Assembly (NCBI GenBank): GCA_902796125.1
Contig: CADBNT010000003.1
Location: 1 to 50,352, forward strand
DNA: 50,352 bases
Origin: an uncultured Erysipelotrichaceae bacterium
GTDB taxonomy: Bacteria > Bacillota_I > Bacilli_A > RFN20 > CAG-826
Direction: 5' to 3'
Of this stretch, positions 8,747-18,190 are shown piece after piece; position 1 is the stretch's first letter; each line of letters begins with the position of its first letter. The translations under genes and the position numbers were made by a program. The notes beneath the pieces were generated by a model. The model saw only the letters and a list, made by a program, of their open reading frames with translations. It ran no database searches and had not been told where the DNA came from.

Positions 8747-10140
8747 TTTAATTCTCCTCCATTTCCACCCACGGTGATTTCGCTTAAGCGAATTGTTGGT
8801 TGTCCTACGTCAACTGGAATACTTCCACTGACCGAACCACACATGCCTTGAGAGAGCACTAAATCATTTCCGACCATGTCGATATTCTTTAAGATTTCTT
8901 TTCCAGAGCCAATTAATGAAGCACCTCTAACAGGTTCAGCGATTTTTCCATCGCGGATAATGTAGGCTTCGCTACAACCAAAGTTAAATTCACCAGTTGT
9001 AGGATTAACCGATCCACCTGCAAATGATTTTGCGTATAAACCAAGTTTAGTAGCAGCAATAATTTCTTCTGGAGTAGATTTTCCGGCTGCAATATATGTG
9101 TTTGACATACGTGAAGTAGGTTCATATTTATAAGATTCACGACGTGAAGCGCCATTGCCTTTCATGCCCATACGACGTCCGTTGAAATCATCAATTAAGT
9201 AATTGGTTAAAATCCCATCTTTAATAAGGACAGTCTTTTGGGTTGGATTTCCTTCATCATCGATATTGTTTGAACCCCATTCGTTTCCAATGGTTCCATC
9301 ATCGATAGCGGTGACGACATCTGAGGCAATCTTTTCTCCTAATTTGCCTGACATAACAGATAAGTTCTTAGCAACCGATGTTGCTTCAAGAGGGTGTCCA
9401 CAAGCTTCGTGGAATAAGACACCACCAAAAGCATTGCCAATAACTACTGGCATTCTTCCGCTTGGACATTCTTTTGCGTACAAGAATTTGATTGAGGTTT
9501 CTGCGCATTTCTTAGCAAGAGCTTCAATATCGATATTTTTATAGAAATATTCAAAGCCTGCTAAAGCGCCCGGACCTTCAAAAGCAGTCTCAATTTTGCC
9601 TTGATCAGCAGCAATAGACATTAAAAGAAGACGATTTCTTTCCTTTTCGTCATTAAATATGATGCCTTTACTTGTGACTATAGAGATTTTGGAGTGACTG
9701 CTCGCGATTGCGGCTCTTGAACGAACGATTTTTGGATCGAATTCTCTAATAACTTTTTCACCTTTTTTCAAATATGCGACTACTTCTGAACTTGGTACGC
9801 TCAAAAATGGTCTTTCGATTGGGTGATTGTTCTTAACATTTTTAATCTTTAGATTCTCAACGCTTAGAACACGTTTTCCAGAGAATGAATTAGATAAAGA
9901 ATCCGCTAATGTTTTCAAGCTTTTAAACGAAACATCATTCGTGTAGCCGTAAACACTTTGGAGTTCTTTAAGAAGTCTGATGCCTGCACCATGAGTTTGG
10001 ACTATAGTGGATGATTCTACCTTTCCATTTTCAACAAGAATGGATTTAGAAACTTTGTCTTCAATGAAAATTTCGCAATAATCCGCTCCTGAAGAAAGGC
10101 CAGCATTCAAAACTTCGATACATTGTTTTTTACTTATCAT
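8743..10140 (-). CDS. tldD: TldD metalloprotease
   Basis: GVLFHEACGHPLE, DDEG, RMSNTY, GGSVNPTTGEFNF, GMCGSVSG...GQP. Confidence 0.95.
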   Translation of the reverse strand: MISKKQCIEVLNAGLSSGADYCEIFIEDKVSKSILVENGKVESSTIVQTHGAGIRLLKELQSVYGYTNDVSFKSLKTLADSLSNSFSGKRVLSVENLKIKNVKNNHPIERPFLSVPSSEVVAYLKKGEKVIREFDPKIVRSRAAIASSHSKISIVTSKGIIFNDEKERNRLLLMSIAADQGKIETAFEGPGALAGFEYFYKNIDIEALAKKCAETSIKFLYAKECPSGRMPVVIGNAFGGVLFHEACGHPLEATSVAKNLSVMSGKLGEKIASDVVTAIDDGTIGNEWGSNNIDDEGNPTQKTVLIKDGILTNYLIDDFNGRRMGMKGNGASRRESYKYEPTSRMSNTYIAAGKSTPEEIIAATKLGLYAKSFAGGSVNPTTGEFNFGCSEAYIIRDGKIAEPVRGASLIGSGKEILKNIDMVGNDLVLSQGMCGSVSGSIPVDVGQPTIRLSEITVGGNGGELK

Positions 10141-10295
10141 AAGTATGCTCCTTGAATTTGAAATAATTCTAACACCTGATTATAAAAAGTGCATTCAAAA
10201 TGCAAAAACCATAATAAAGAAAACAAATAAGTGCTTTAAAAAACACATATTTATTTATCCGAAAAAATTGAAATCAATACGTATTATTTTGAATG

Positions 10296-10335
10296 AAAAA
10301 GTTTTGCAAAAACTGAATAAAATCTTTGCAAAACT
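10296..10335 (-). terminator. Probable terminator of the FAD oxidoreductase gene
   Basis: AGTTTTGCAAA-N14-TTTGCAAAACT followed by a T run on the minus strand. Confidence 0.5.
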
Positions 10336-10342
10336 CGAATAA

Positions 10343-11893
10343 TTACTTAGTGTAGTTGTACTTGATTGGCTTAGTAAAAGCGAACCATTTATGCTCTTTG
10401 CTTAGTATTCTTTGGATGGCCCATTTGCCAGTCATGAGTGCAATAGGTAATCCGCCTGGCATTAAAGCCCATTGACCAGATACGACAACGTTCTTTACGC
10501 CTTTAATTTTGCCATCATAATAGAACATTGAACCTGTTGATGTGAATGCAAATGGCATATAGGCACCATGATAGGCATTCGTGTATCGGTTAAATGTCTT
10601 TGGAGTAACAATATCTATTATTTCTAACGAATCTTTAAGCGATGGAAACTTCTCGATTATACGTTTTTGAACTTCCAATGCTAATTTTTCTTTTTCGTAA
10701 TTGTAAACAGGCTTTGTTTTATTTAACTCATCCCAATATTCATAGTCTTTATCGCTTTGAAAGATAAGGGTGTTAAGAATTGTTTTTCCATCAACAATGA
10801 AATAAGGATCATAATTATATGCTCTAGTTCTTAATGATTGAACAAATGAAGTTCCTGCTTCAAAAGGTTCAACAGGGAATTCATAGGTAGATGTAATGCC
10901 GAGTTCCCTATATTTCTTCTCATCAACAGAGAAAGTAACAAGAGCACATGATTGGGTCGGATATATTTTTTGAAGTCTTCTTCGCTTTTCAAATCCTTTG
11001 ATAACGTACTTATCTTTCAGAAGATGGGAGATTGTTTCAAATGAATCGCATGCTGCAATGACATAATCAGCTTCAACGATTGTTCCGTCTTTGAGTTTTA
11101 CACCTTTTGCAACACCGTCTTTAATGACAATTTCTTCAACTTCTTTTGCGTAATGGATTTTTCCACCCACGTGTTCATATTCCCTAACCATATTATTAAT
11201 AATGGTTTTTGATCCGCCTTTTGGAACTCCTCCATTTCCAACAGAAACAGTTCCGAAAGCATATAAAGTTGTATAAAGATTTCCATCACCTGGAACAATA
11301 TGGTTTAAAAGATATCTAATTGCAGGAGATTTGAACTTTAAACTATATTTATAGTTACTTTTTTTGCTAGCGTAAAAATAGACATTTAAATAAGGTAATA
11401 AACTAAGGCCAACTTTCATCAATTTCCAAAGTGACATTTCCGATAAAGGAATATCAATTGGAAGATGGAGATTTTGGAACGCTAAAATGAGCTTAATTGT
11501 CTTCTTTATTAATCTTTTATCTTCAGGAGAGATTTCGATTAATTCCTGTTCAAGCTTATTTAAGTCACACCAAAGAGTGATAGGTGTGCCTTCGCAGATG
11601 ATAGTGCCAAAATTATCAGGCTCAATTATATCTTCTTGAGTAAAGGCGCCAACATCCTTCCACATGTAGTTGATTTCGGTTCCTTCTCTAGTGCCGGTAA
11701 GCCAGTGAATGCAGCCATCAACAGTGAAACCTTTTCTAGTCCACGAAGTGCATAGGCCTCCTGCAACAGGATTCTTTTCATAGATTTCAGTTATAAATCC
11801 ATGTTTTTGGCCATATATTCCACTAGATAAACCGGAGATTCCTCCACCTACAATGATTATCTTTTTTAAACTATCGTTTTTAACCTTCTTCAT
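10343..11893 (-). CDS. NAD(P)/FAD-dependent oxidoreductase, phytoene dehydrogenase superfamily
   Basis: IIVGGGISGL...EK..AGG.C..W.RKGF..DGCIHWL; PKGGS; TP.TF.RYT; GQW..PGGLP. Substrate unknown. Confidence 0.88.
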   Translation of the reverse strand: MKKVKNDSLKKIIIVGGGISGLSSGIYGQKHGFITEIYEKNPVAGGLCTSWTRKGFTVDGCIHWLTGTREGTEINYMWKDVGAFTQEDIIEPDNFGTIICEGTPITLWCDLNKLEQELIEISPEDKRLIKKTIKLILAFQNLHLPIDIPLSEMSLWKLMKVGLSLLPYLNVYFYASKKSNYKYSLKFKSPAIRYLLNHIVPGDGNLYTTLYAFGTVSVGNGGVPKGGSKTIINNMVREYEHVGGKIHYAKEVEEIVIKDGVAKGVKLKDGTIVEADYVIAACDSFETISHLLKDKYVIKGFEKRRRLQKIYPTQSCALVTFSVDEKKYRELGITSTYEFPVEPFEAGTSFVQSLRTRAYNYDPYFIVDGKTILNTLIFQSDKDYEYWDELNKTKPVYNYEKEKLALEVQKRIIEKFPSLKDSLEIIDIVTPKTFNRYTNAYHGAYMPFAFTSTGSMFYYDGKIKGVKNVVVSGQWALMPGGLPIALMTGKWAIQRILSKEHKWFAFTKPIKYNYTK

Positions 11894-11946
11894 TTGGACT
11901 AACTATTATAATTGTTTGATTTATTTAATAAAACAAAAAAGATTGT

Positions 11947-12024
11947 TTGCTTTTAACTGATTAATAATGATAAAATCACTATCACAACTTTCTTTAGGAC
12001 CTATAAGGCCTAAGGCGGAAGGAG
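11947..12024 (+). promoter_or_regulatory. rpmE promoter and structured 5' leader
   Basis: TTGCTT-N18-TAAAAT with extended TG; hairpin CTTTAGGACCT-ATA-AGGCCTAAGG (11992-12015) abutting the SD. Confidence 0.55.
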
Positions 12025-12031
12025 TAATGAA

Positions 12032-12235
12032 ATGAAAAAAGGAATTCATCCAGAATCACACAAAATCACAGTTACATGTGTATCTTGCGGAGCAACATTC
12101 GAAACTCACTCCACAAGCAAATCAATCCACGTTGATACATGCTCAAACTGTCACCCATTCTATACTGGTAAACAAAGATTTGTTCAATCAGATGGACGTG
12201 TTGATCGTTTCAATAAAAAATACGGTCTTAAATAA
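12032..12235 (+). CDS. rpmE: 50S ribosomal protein L31, zinc-binding (C+) type
   Basis: [34 protein letters not shown]. Confidence 0.98.
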   Translation: MKKGIHPESHKITVTCVSCGATFETHSTSKSIHVDTCSNCHPFYTGKQRFVQSDGRVDRFNKKYGLK

Positions 12236-12241
12236 GAAAAT

Positions 12242-12271
12242 AAAAGAGCTCGCGAATGTGCGAGTTTTTTT
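12242..12271 (+). terminator. Intrinsic terminator
   Basis: GAGCTCGC-GAATGT-GCGAGTTT followed by T run. Confidence 0.85.
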
Positions 12272-12368
12272 ATTATTCATAACGCATAATTTTATAGTGG
12301 TTTTAAATTTTATTTAATTGGTTTATAATTAATTTGTTAGCTATTTGGTTAACTAAGGAGAAAACTAT

Positions 12369-13223
12369 ATGAATAAAAATGTCAAATTAGTATTAACCTT
12401 ATCTTCAGTAGCAATTTTACTTTGCTCTTGCCGAGGCGGAAGAGGACGTGGCTCAAGTGTTGTTCCACCAACAAGTGGTGATGTACCAACATCTGTAGAT
12501 CCAGGAACATCTGTTGAACCTGCAACGTCAACTGATCCAGGAGATTATTACGCTTCTATAGATTCAAGCCTCATGGGCCAAGACTTAGTAAATGCTTTAA
12601 ACGCTCTTAATAATACAAAAAGAACGTATCTAGTCGGTTATGATGCTATGTTAAATAAACCTGCTCAAGGTTTTTATGTTACAGATCCAGGAGAATCTCG
12701 TAATAAATATACACTTACTTCTTTCTATTCTGGCACTGAAAGAAAAGGCACAAGTGGAATGAACCGTGAACACGTTTGGCCAAAATCACATGGTGGCAAC
12801 TTAGTTGAAGACGATATTCATATGCCAAGACCAACTATTACAGCTGAAAATGGCTCACGTGGTAATTCTTTCTATGTTGAAGGAATGAAGACAGAACATA
12901 ATGGTTGGGATCCAGCCATGGAAGACTTCGGTCTAGAATCATATCGTGGCGATTCAGCCAGAATTATCTTCTATTGCGCGATTGCTTCAACCCAATTAAA
13001 GATTATTGATTCTGCTACATCTACCGGTTCTAACCAAATGGGCAAATTATCTGATTTGTTAAAATGGAATCTTAAATATCCTGTTTTAGAAAGAGAAAAC
13101 ATTCGTAATGAAGGCGCTCAATCATTACAGGGTAATAGAAATCCATTTATCGACCACCCAGAATACGCATGCCGTATTTGGGGCAATACAAATTCAACAA
13201 CAAAGCAAATTTGTGGGATGTAA
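12369..13223 (+). CDS. Lipoprotein nuclease, Endonuclease I (Bsn/EndA-like His-Me) family, copy 1
   Basis: Lipobox LLCSC; NREHVWPKS, N.SRGN, RGDSAR, QGNRNPFIDHPE; RBS AAGGAG. Confidence 0.9.
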   Translation: MNKNVKLVLTLSSVAILLCSCRGGRGRGSSVVPPTSGDVPTSVDPGTSVEPATSTDPGDYYASIDSSLMGQDLVNALNALNNTKRTYLVGYDAMLNKPAQGFYVTDPGESRNKYTLTSFYSGTERKGTSGMNREHVWPKSHGGNLVEDDIHMPRPTITAENGSRGNSFYVEGMKTEHNGWDPAMEDFGLESYRGDSARIIFYCAIASTQLKIIDSATSTGSNQMGKLSDLLKWNLKYPVLERENIRNEGAQSLQGNRNPFIDHPEYACRIWGNTNSTTKQICGM

Positions 13224-13228
13224 TTAAT

Positions 13229-14302
13229 ATGAAAAAGAACGTTAAATTAATTGTTACAGTTTCATCTATCGCACTTTTATTATGTGCGTGTAGAGGCGGG
13301 CGTGGGAGAGGCTCTGAAAGTTCAATCCCTTTACCATGGGTTAGTAGTTCTACAACCATTGTTCCAACAACCGGAAGTGCACCAACTACCGGTGGTACCA
13401 CTCAAGGTGGATCAAGCGGGACAACTGGCACATCTCAAGCTAGTAGCACAACAGGAACAACACAAAGCGGATCGAGTAGTACGACATCATCTTCACATGG
13501 AACCAGTTCTACTCAATCTAGTTCTTCATCGCATACTACAAGTTCTACCCAGCCAACCTCTATTACTCCTACGTCGCAATCCAGTGATGTCCAAGCATAC
13601 TATGCTTCTATCAGCGATTCACTTTCAGGAACCTCTTTACTAAATGCTCTAAATTCTTTAAATAATTCAAAGAAGACAAGGAATGTAACTTATAACGGGA
13701 TGAAAACATTCGCTGCAAAATGCGATATTGATCCTGATGGTTCAGGCAAAATCATTGGTTTTTATGATAATGCGAAAATCGGCCCGGCTTGGGATAGTGC
13801 CGCCACATGGAATAGAGAACACGTTTGGCCTGATTGTAGAGGAGGAAACCTTGTTGAAGGTGATGCACATATGCCTAGACCTGCATCTGTGTCTGTAAAT
13901 AGTGACCGTGGAAGTAAGGGGTTCGGAACCGAATCATATGACCCAGGACAATATGTGGCTTATTATAGGGGAGTTTGCGCCCGAATTATCTTTTATTGTG
14001 CTATTGCAAACAAAAATTTGAAGCTAATTGAAGACCCGATTAATTACAGTGGTGGAAGTCCAAGTGATTCAATGGGATGTTTAAGCGATATGCTTAGATG
14101 GAATCTTCAATATCTCCCATCAGACACATCTTTTACTGGTGGTAACGATCTTGCACGTCGAGTTGAATTGAATAGAAATGAAGTCATCCAAAAAGATTCG
14201 GCTGGTCAAGGAAATAGAAATCCATTTATTGATCACCCAGAATACGCCTGCCGTATTTGGGGTAATACAAATTCAACCACAAGATCCGTTTGTGGAATGT
14301 AA
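13229..14302 (+). CDS. Lipoprotein nuclease, Endonuclease I family, copy 2 with long Ser/Thr linker
   Basis: Start ATG 13229 (MKKNVKL...LLCAC) parallels copy 1; WNREHVWP, RG..AR, QGNRNPFIDHPE. Confidence 0.9.
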   Translation: MKKNVKLIVTVSSIALLLCACRGGRGRGSESSIPLPWVSSSTTIVPTTGSAPTTGGTTQGGSSGTTGTSQASSTTGTTQSGSSSTTSSSHGTSSTQSSSSSHTTSSTQPTSITPTSQSSDVQAYYASISDSLSGTSLLNALNSLNNSKKTRNVTYNGMKTFAAKCDIDPDGSGKIIGFYDNAKIGPAWDSAATWNREHVWPDCRGGNLVEGDAHMPRPASVSVNSDRGSKGFGTESYDPGQYVAYYRGVCARIIFYCAIANKNLKLIEDPINYSGGSPSDSMGCLSDMLRWNLQYLPSDTSFTGGNDLARRVELNRNEVIQKDSAGQGNRNPFIDHPEYACRIWGNTNSTTRSVCGM

Positions 14303-14332
14303 TTCCGCTTAATAGAACAAGGAGTACCTCAT

Positions 14333-15913
14333 ATGAAAAACAAGTTCTATATTACTACGCCTATTTACTACCCAAGCGCAGAAGCGCATATTGGGCATGC
14401 GTATTGCACAGTCATGTGCGACATTTTAGCTCGTTATAAGAGACTTAGAGGTGTAGAAACCTACTTCTTAACCGGCACTGATGAACACGGCCAAAAAATT
14501 CAAGAGAAGGCCAAAGACAAAGGTGTCACTCCACAACAATATGTCGATGAAATCGCTGCAAAATTCATTGATTTATGGAAAGAATTAAGAATTTCTAACG
14601 ACGATTTTATTCGTACAACTCAAGATAGACACGTTAAAGCAACACAGAAGGTTTTTTCAAAACTTTTTGCTAATGATGATATCTATTTAGGAAAGTATGA
14701 AGGTTGGTATTGTACGCCGTGTGAATCGTTCTGGACTGACACTCAAGTTGGTGAAGATCATCTTTGTCCAGACTGTGGACGTCCAGTTCATAAGGAAGTA
14801 GAAGAAGCCTATTTCTTCAAGACACAAAAGTATCTTCCTCAACTATTAAAAGAAATGGATGAAAATCCAAAATTCATCCTCCCTATCGCTCGTAAAAACG
14901 AGATGATGAATACATTTATTAAACCAGGATTAAATGATCTTTGTGTTTCTCGCACATCATTTGATTGGGGCGTGCCAATTTTAGAAAATCCAAAACATGT
15001 TATGTATGTTTGGTTAGACGCACTCAGTAATTATATTACTGCTCTTGGTTACGGTAGCGATAACGATTCGTTATTTAAGAAATTCTGGGCTGACCCAAAT
15101 TGCGAAATCGTTCATGTTGTCGGAGCAGATATTTCTCGTTTCCATGTTATTTATTGGCCAATGTTTTTAACAGGCTTAGGATTAAGACTCCCAGACCGTG
15201 TATTCGTTCATGGCTTATTAGATTTAAATGGCGACAAGATGTCCAAATCAAAAGGCAATGTTGTTTCACCTCTTCCTTTAATCAAACGATATGGTGTTGA
15301 TGCTGTAAGATGGTTCTTAGCTCGTGAATTTGCATTTGGCTCTGATGGTCGCTTCACTTCTGAACTATTTGCCGAAAGAACAAACATGGATTTAGCGAAC
15401 AACTTTGGCAATCTTGTCAATCGCACATCTGCTATGATTGTTAAGTACTTCGATGGCGTTGTTCCAGAACTTAGAAGTCCAAGTGAAAAAGAAGAAAATA
15501 TTCGAGTTTTGACTGAAAAAACTGTTAAAACATACGAAATCTGCATGGATGATTTAAAGGTTTCTGAAGGATTAACTGCAGTTGGTGAATTACTTAATGC
15601 TGCAAATAAATATATCGAAGAATCTCAACCTTGGGTCTTATCCAAAGAAGGAAGAATTGAAGAATTAGGTAATGTAATGGCTGTGTTAGTTAACTCAATT
15701 GTTACTGCTACAAAACTACTTTCTCCAGTTCTAGTTGAATCAGCGCCTAAAGTTTACGCGCAATTTGGATTAAACAAGGAACAAGAAAAGTACGACCTCG
15801 TTTATGAATTCTGTCCATTTAAAGGCAATAAGGTATCTAGATGTGATCCTTTATTCCCGAGACTTGATATAAAGGTTGAAACTGAATATATTGATTCAAT
15901 CTCAAAACATTAA
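14333..15913 (+). CDS. metG: Methionine--tRNA ligase, short form without C-terminal tRNA-binding domain
   Basis: YITTPIYY, HIGH, TGTDEHGQK, CTPC/CPDC knuckle, YVWLDAL, KMSKS. Confidence 0.97.
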   Translation: MKNKFYITTPIYYPSAEAHIGHAYCTVMCDILARYKRLRGVETYFLTGTDEHGQKIQEKAKDKGVTPQQYVDEIAAKFIDLWKELRISNDDFIRTTQDRHVKATQKVFSKLFANDDIYLGKYEGWYCTPCESFWTDTQVGEDHLCPDCGRPVHKEVEEAYFFKTQKYLPQLLKEMDENPKFILPIARKNEMMNTFIKPGLNDLCVSRTSFDWGVPILENPKHVMYVWLDALSNYITALGYGSDNDSLFKKFWADPNCEIVHVVGADISRFHVIYWPMFLTGLGLRLPDRVFVHGLLDLNGDKMSKSKGNVVSPLPLIKRYGVDAVRWFLAREFAFGSDGRFTSELFAERTNMDLANNFGNLVNRTSAMIVKYFDGVVPELRSPSEKEENIRVLTEKTVKTYEICMDDLKVSEGLTAVGELLNAANKYIEESQPWVLSKEGRIEELGNVMAVLVNSIVTATKLLSPVLVESAPKVYAQFGLNKEQEKYDLVYEFCPFKGNKVSRCDPLFPRLDIKVETEYIDSISKH

Positions 15914-15949
15914 AAAAATGACTCAGGCAAACGCTTGAGTCTTTTATTT
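15912..15949. terminator. Bidirectional intrinsic terminator
   Basis: A7-TGACTCAGGC-AAAC-GCTTGAGTC-TTTT between convergent genes. Confidence 0.85.
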
Positions 15950-18106
15950 ATTTAAGTAGTTATAAAGCAATAGAGATTGGTATGGAGAATAACCATAAAT
16001 ACGGTAAATTATTTCCCCACCTTCTTCAGTTTCTTCAACGTCATCGGTATCGATATAGGCACTTGTATTTTCATTTGCAGAAATCTCCAAATATAAGTTA
16101 TTAAAGAATTCTCCTATATCACCCAAAAGATCGTGTTCTTTCCAGTATTTATTTATATAAGAAGCATCTCCCCAGATTTTGCTATCAATACCTTTAATAA
16201 AATCGGTGTAATCGGATTCAATATTTGTCGCTTTTACTAAATTTCCAAGTGAGAAAAATGTAGCCATATATGCAGAGTATTTGATGTATGAATTATCGCT
16301 ATTTAAACATACATACGCAGCAACTAAATTAGCATCTTCTTCCCTCATTACGCCTTTACTATGCGCTAGCTCGTGAGCGAGTGTTACGGGTATCTCTGCA
16401 GCAGGGGCGTCAATGTTGTAATTAGGCTCATATGTAGCTGGAAATGTAATGCCTGTAATCTGTAATTGGCTATAAAGCCAACTAAGCATATACATAGGTT
16501 TTCCGTTTAAAGTAAATTCATGATAATAATCTTGTCCGTCTAGTAGTTTGAATTCATCTTTTACAAGTCTATTTAATTCATCCCAAGAGTATGGATTAAT
16601 AACAGATCCATCCTCTCTAAATGTAAGTTCGTTTGCTACTTTGTTAAAGTCCTCTTCATAATACATAGCCATTTCTTTATAGATGGATGTACCTTCAAAG
16701 ATTTCTTCGTATTGCGGGACAGGTGGTCTATCACGATAATAGCCTAATCCAAACGTCATTGCATAACATGTAAGAGCGCTTGCAATTACAATGCCTAAAT
16801 CAATGATTCTAGTGAATGATTTTTTAATACCTTTTTTGGAAGTGTGAATAATGAAAAATACTAGCCATAAAATTAAAGAAATTACTATTAAGAAGAGTGA
16901 TATTTCAAATATGGAAAATGGTATCCATGTAAAAGCGTGTCCAAAGATGAAAGCAAAGAACTTTCCAACAGTTCTTGTGTAGCCCTCAGACACACCTGGA
17001 ATATATCTAATTAGGAACAATAAAAGGAATGTAAATAATCCTCCTCCTAAAGTAATTAATCTTCCTCTTAATGTGATCTTTCTTCTTCCTTTAAGACAAC
17101 GTTTATCTTTAGCAATAATGTCGTCGCACATGTCATAAATAGACTCTTCGACAGGACGTGCTTTAAACCCTAATTCGTTTATGGCCTTACTGCTATCGAA
17201 ATAATTGTTGTTTTCAATAGTTCGAATAGCAGTTTTTGTGTATAAAGGAGTGATGTGGAATAGTTTGCAGAAAAATGAATAGATAGGTGCGACGAATTTT
17301 ATAAACCAACACGGCAGTTTTAGGCGCAATTTTTTGCGGTTGTAATGTTCAGCAATAATGTTCAAAAAATCAGATATTTGCATGGATTTTGCACTAATTA
17401 TGTAGTTATTTCCAAGCTTACCTTTATCAAGCGCTTTTAAAGAAATTTCGGCTAAATCTCTGACGTCAATTAAACTATAGGATCCGTCCTTAACTGAGGC
17501 AGGAATATGGCCTTTTAGGAAAGCTTTCACTAATGAAGTAAAATCACCACACTTAGGATCGTCAGGACCAATAATTCCAGATGGATGGATAGTAATTGCG
17601 TTGAGCCCTTTTTCAGCCATTTGCTTGATATACTTTGCAGTCATGGACTTACTAAAGGCATAGCATCCTTTTTCAGGATTATCTTCAAATGGATTAGATT
17701 CATTAATGCTTTGATTCTTGCCTATATTTTTAAAGGCTGTTGTGGAAGATATATAAAGAAACTTTTCTACTTTATTTCTATAAGAAATATCAGCAAGATT
17801 TTTTGTTCCAAAATAGTTTGTGTCGAAAATAGCTTTTTCAAATTTATCATTAATTGAGATATATGCAGCGCAATGAATAACTATTTGTTTAACGTCATCG
17901 GATTTTTTTGTACTTAAAAATCTTTCGCAGGCATCTTTGTCTCGAACGTCTCCAAAAACAAGAGACACTTTATCTTTAATTTTTGAAATACGTTCAGTTT
18001 TTTTTCGAATTAAAAGAACAACTTCCTCATTTTGTTTTAGAAGAAGCTTTAATATTTCGTTTCCAACCCATCCTGTCGCACCAGTAAGGTAATAGATTTT
18101 ATGCAT
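15944..18106 (-). CDS. Fusion: NAD-dependent epimerase/dehydratase (extended SDR) + TM segments + DUF3810-like HExxH domain
   Basis: N-half TGATGWVG, HCAA, YAFSK, HPSGIIGP; C-half PFSIFE, GITFP.T.E.N.N, HELAH..G..REEDAN. Confidence 0.8.
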   Translation of the reverse strand: MHKIYYLTGATGWVGNEILKLLLKQNEEVVLLIRKKTERISKIKDKVSLVFGDVRDKDACERFLSTKKSDDVKQIVIHCAAYISINDKFEKAIFDTNYFGTKNLADISYRNKVEKFLYISSTTAFKNIGKNQSINESNPFEDNPEKGCYAFSKSMTAKYIKQMAEKGLNAITIHPSGIIGPDDPKCGDFTSLVKAFLKGHIPASVKDGSYSLIDVRDLAEISLKALDKGKLGNNYIISAKSMQISDFLNIIAEHYNRKKLRLKLPCWFIKFVAPIYSFFCKLFHITPLYTKTAIRTIENNNYFDSSKAINELGFKARPVEESIYDMCDDIIAKDKRCLKGRRKITLRGRLITLGGGLFTFLLLFLIRYIPGVSEGYTRTVGKFFAFIFGHAFTWIPFSIFEISLFLIVISLILWLVFFIIHTSKKGIKKSFTRIIDLGIVIASALTCYAMTFGLGYYRDRPPVPQYEEIFEGTSIYKEMAMYYEEDFNKVANELTFREDGSVINPYSWDELNRLVKDEFKLLDGQDYYHEFTLNGKPMYMLSWLYSQLQITGITFPATYEPNYNIDAPAAEIPVTLAHELAHSKGVMREEDANLVAAYVCLNSDNSYIKYSAYMATFFSLGNLVKATNIESDYTDFIKGIDSKIWGDASYINKYWKEHDLLGDIGEFFNNLYLEISANENTSAYIDTDDVEETEEGGEIIYRIYGYSPYQSLLLYNYLNK

Positions 18107-18190
18107 GATAATATGATAGCAAATAATTTAATAAGTGTCTTCGTATACGAAAACAAACATTATTACGCTTTGTTATGTTATTCTATTCAT
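18107..18190. promoter_or_regulatory. Divergent leaderless-type promoters with central palindrome
   Basis: Minus TGcTATCAT-N6-ATG; plus TGtTATTCT-N6-ATG; perfect TTCGTATACGAA at 18140-18151. Confidence 0.6.

Noticed and set aside
10145-10342. 65-aa plus-strand ORF between tldD and the oxidoreductase
   Set aside because: Lys-rich translation of AT-rich intergenic DNA overlapping the tldD RBS/promoter and a terminator; no RBS.
10343-11893. Carotenoid/hopanoid pathway (CrtI-like gene plus HpnA-like SDR)
   Set aside because: No phytoene/squalene synthase or cyclase nearby; both folds are widespread and the genes are not adjacent.
13310-13590. Repetitive-looking tract as possible tandem array or CRISPR
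   Set aside because: Encodes a low-complexity Ser/Thr linker; no fixed repeat-spacer period and no cas genes.
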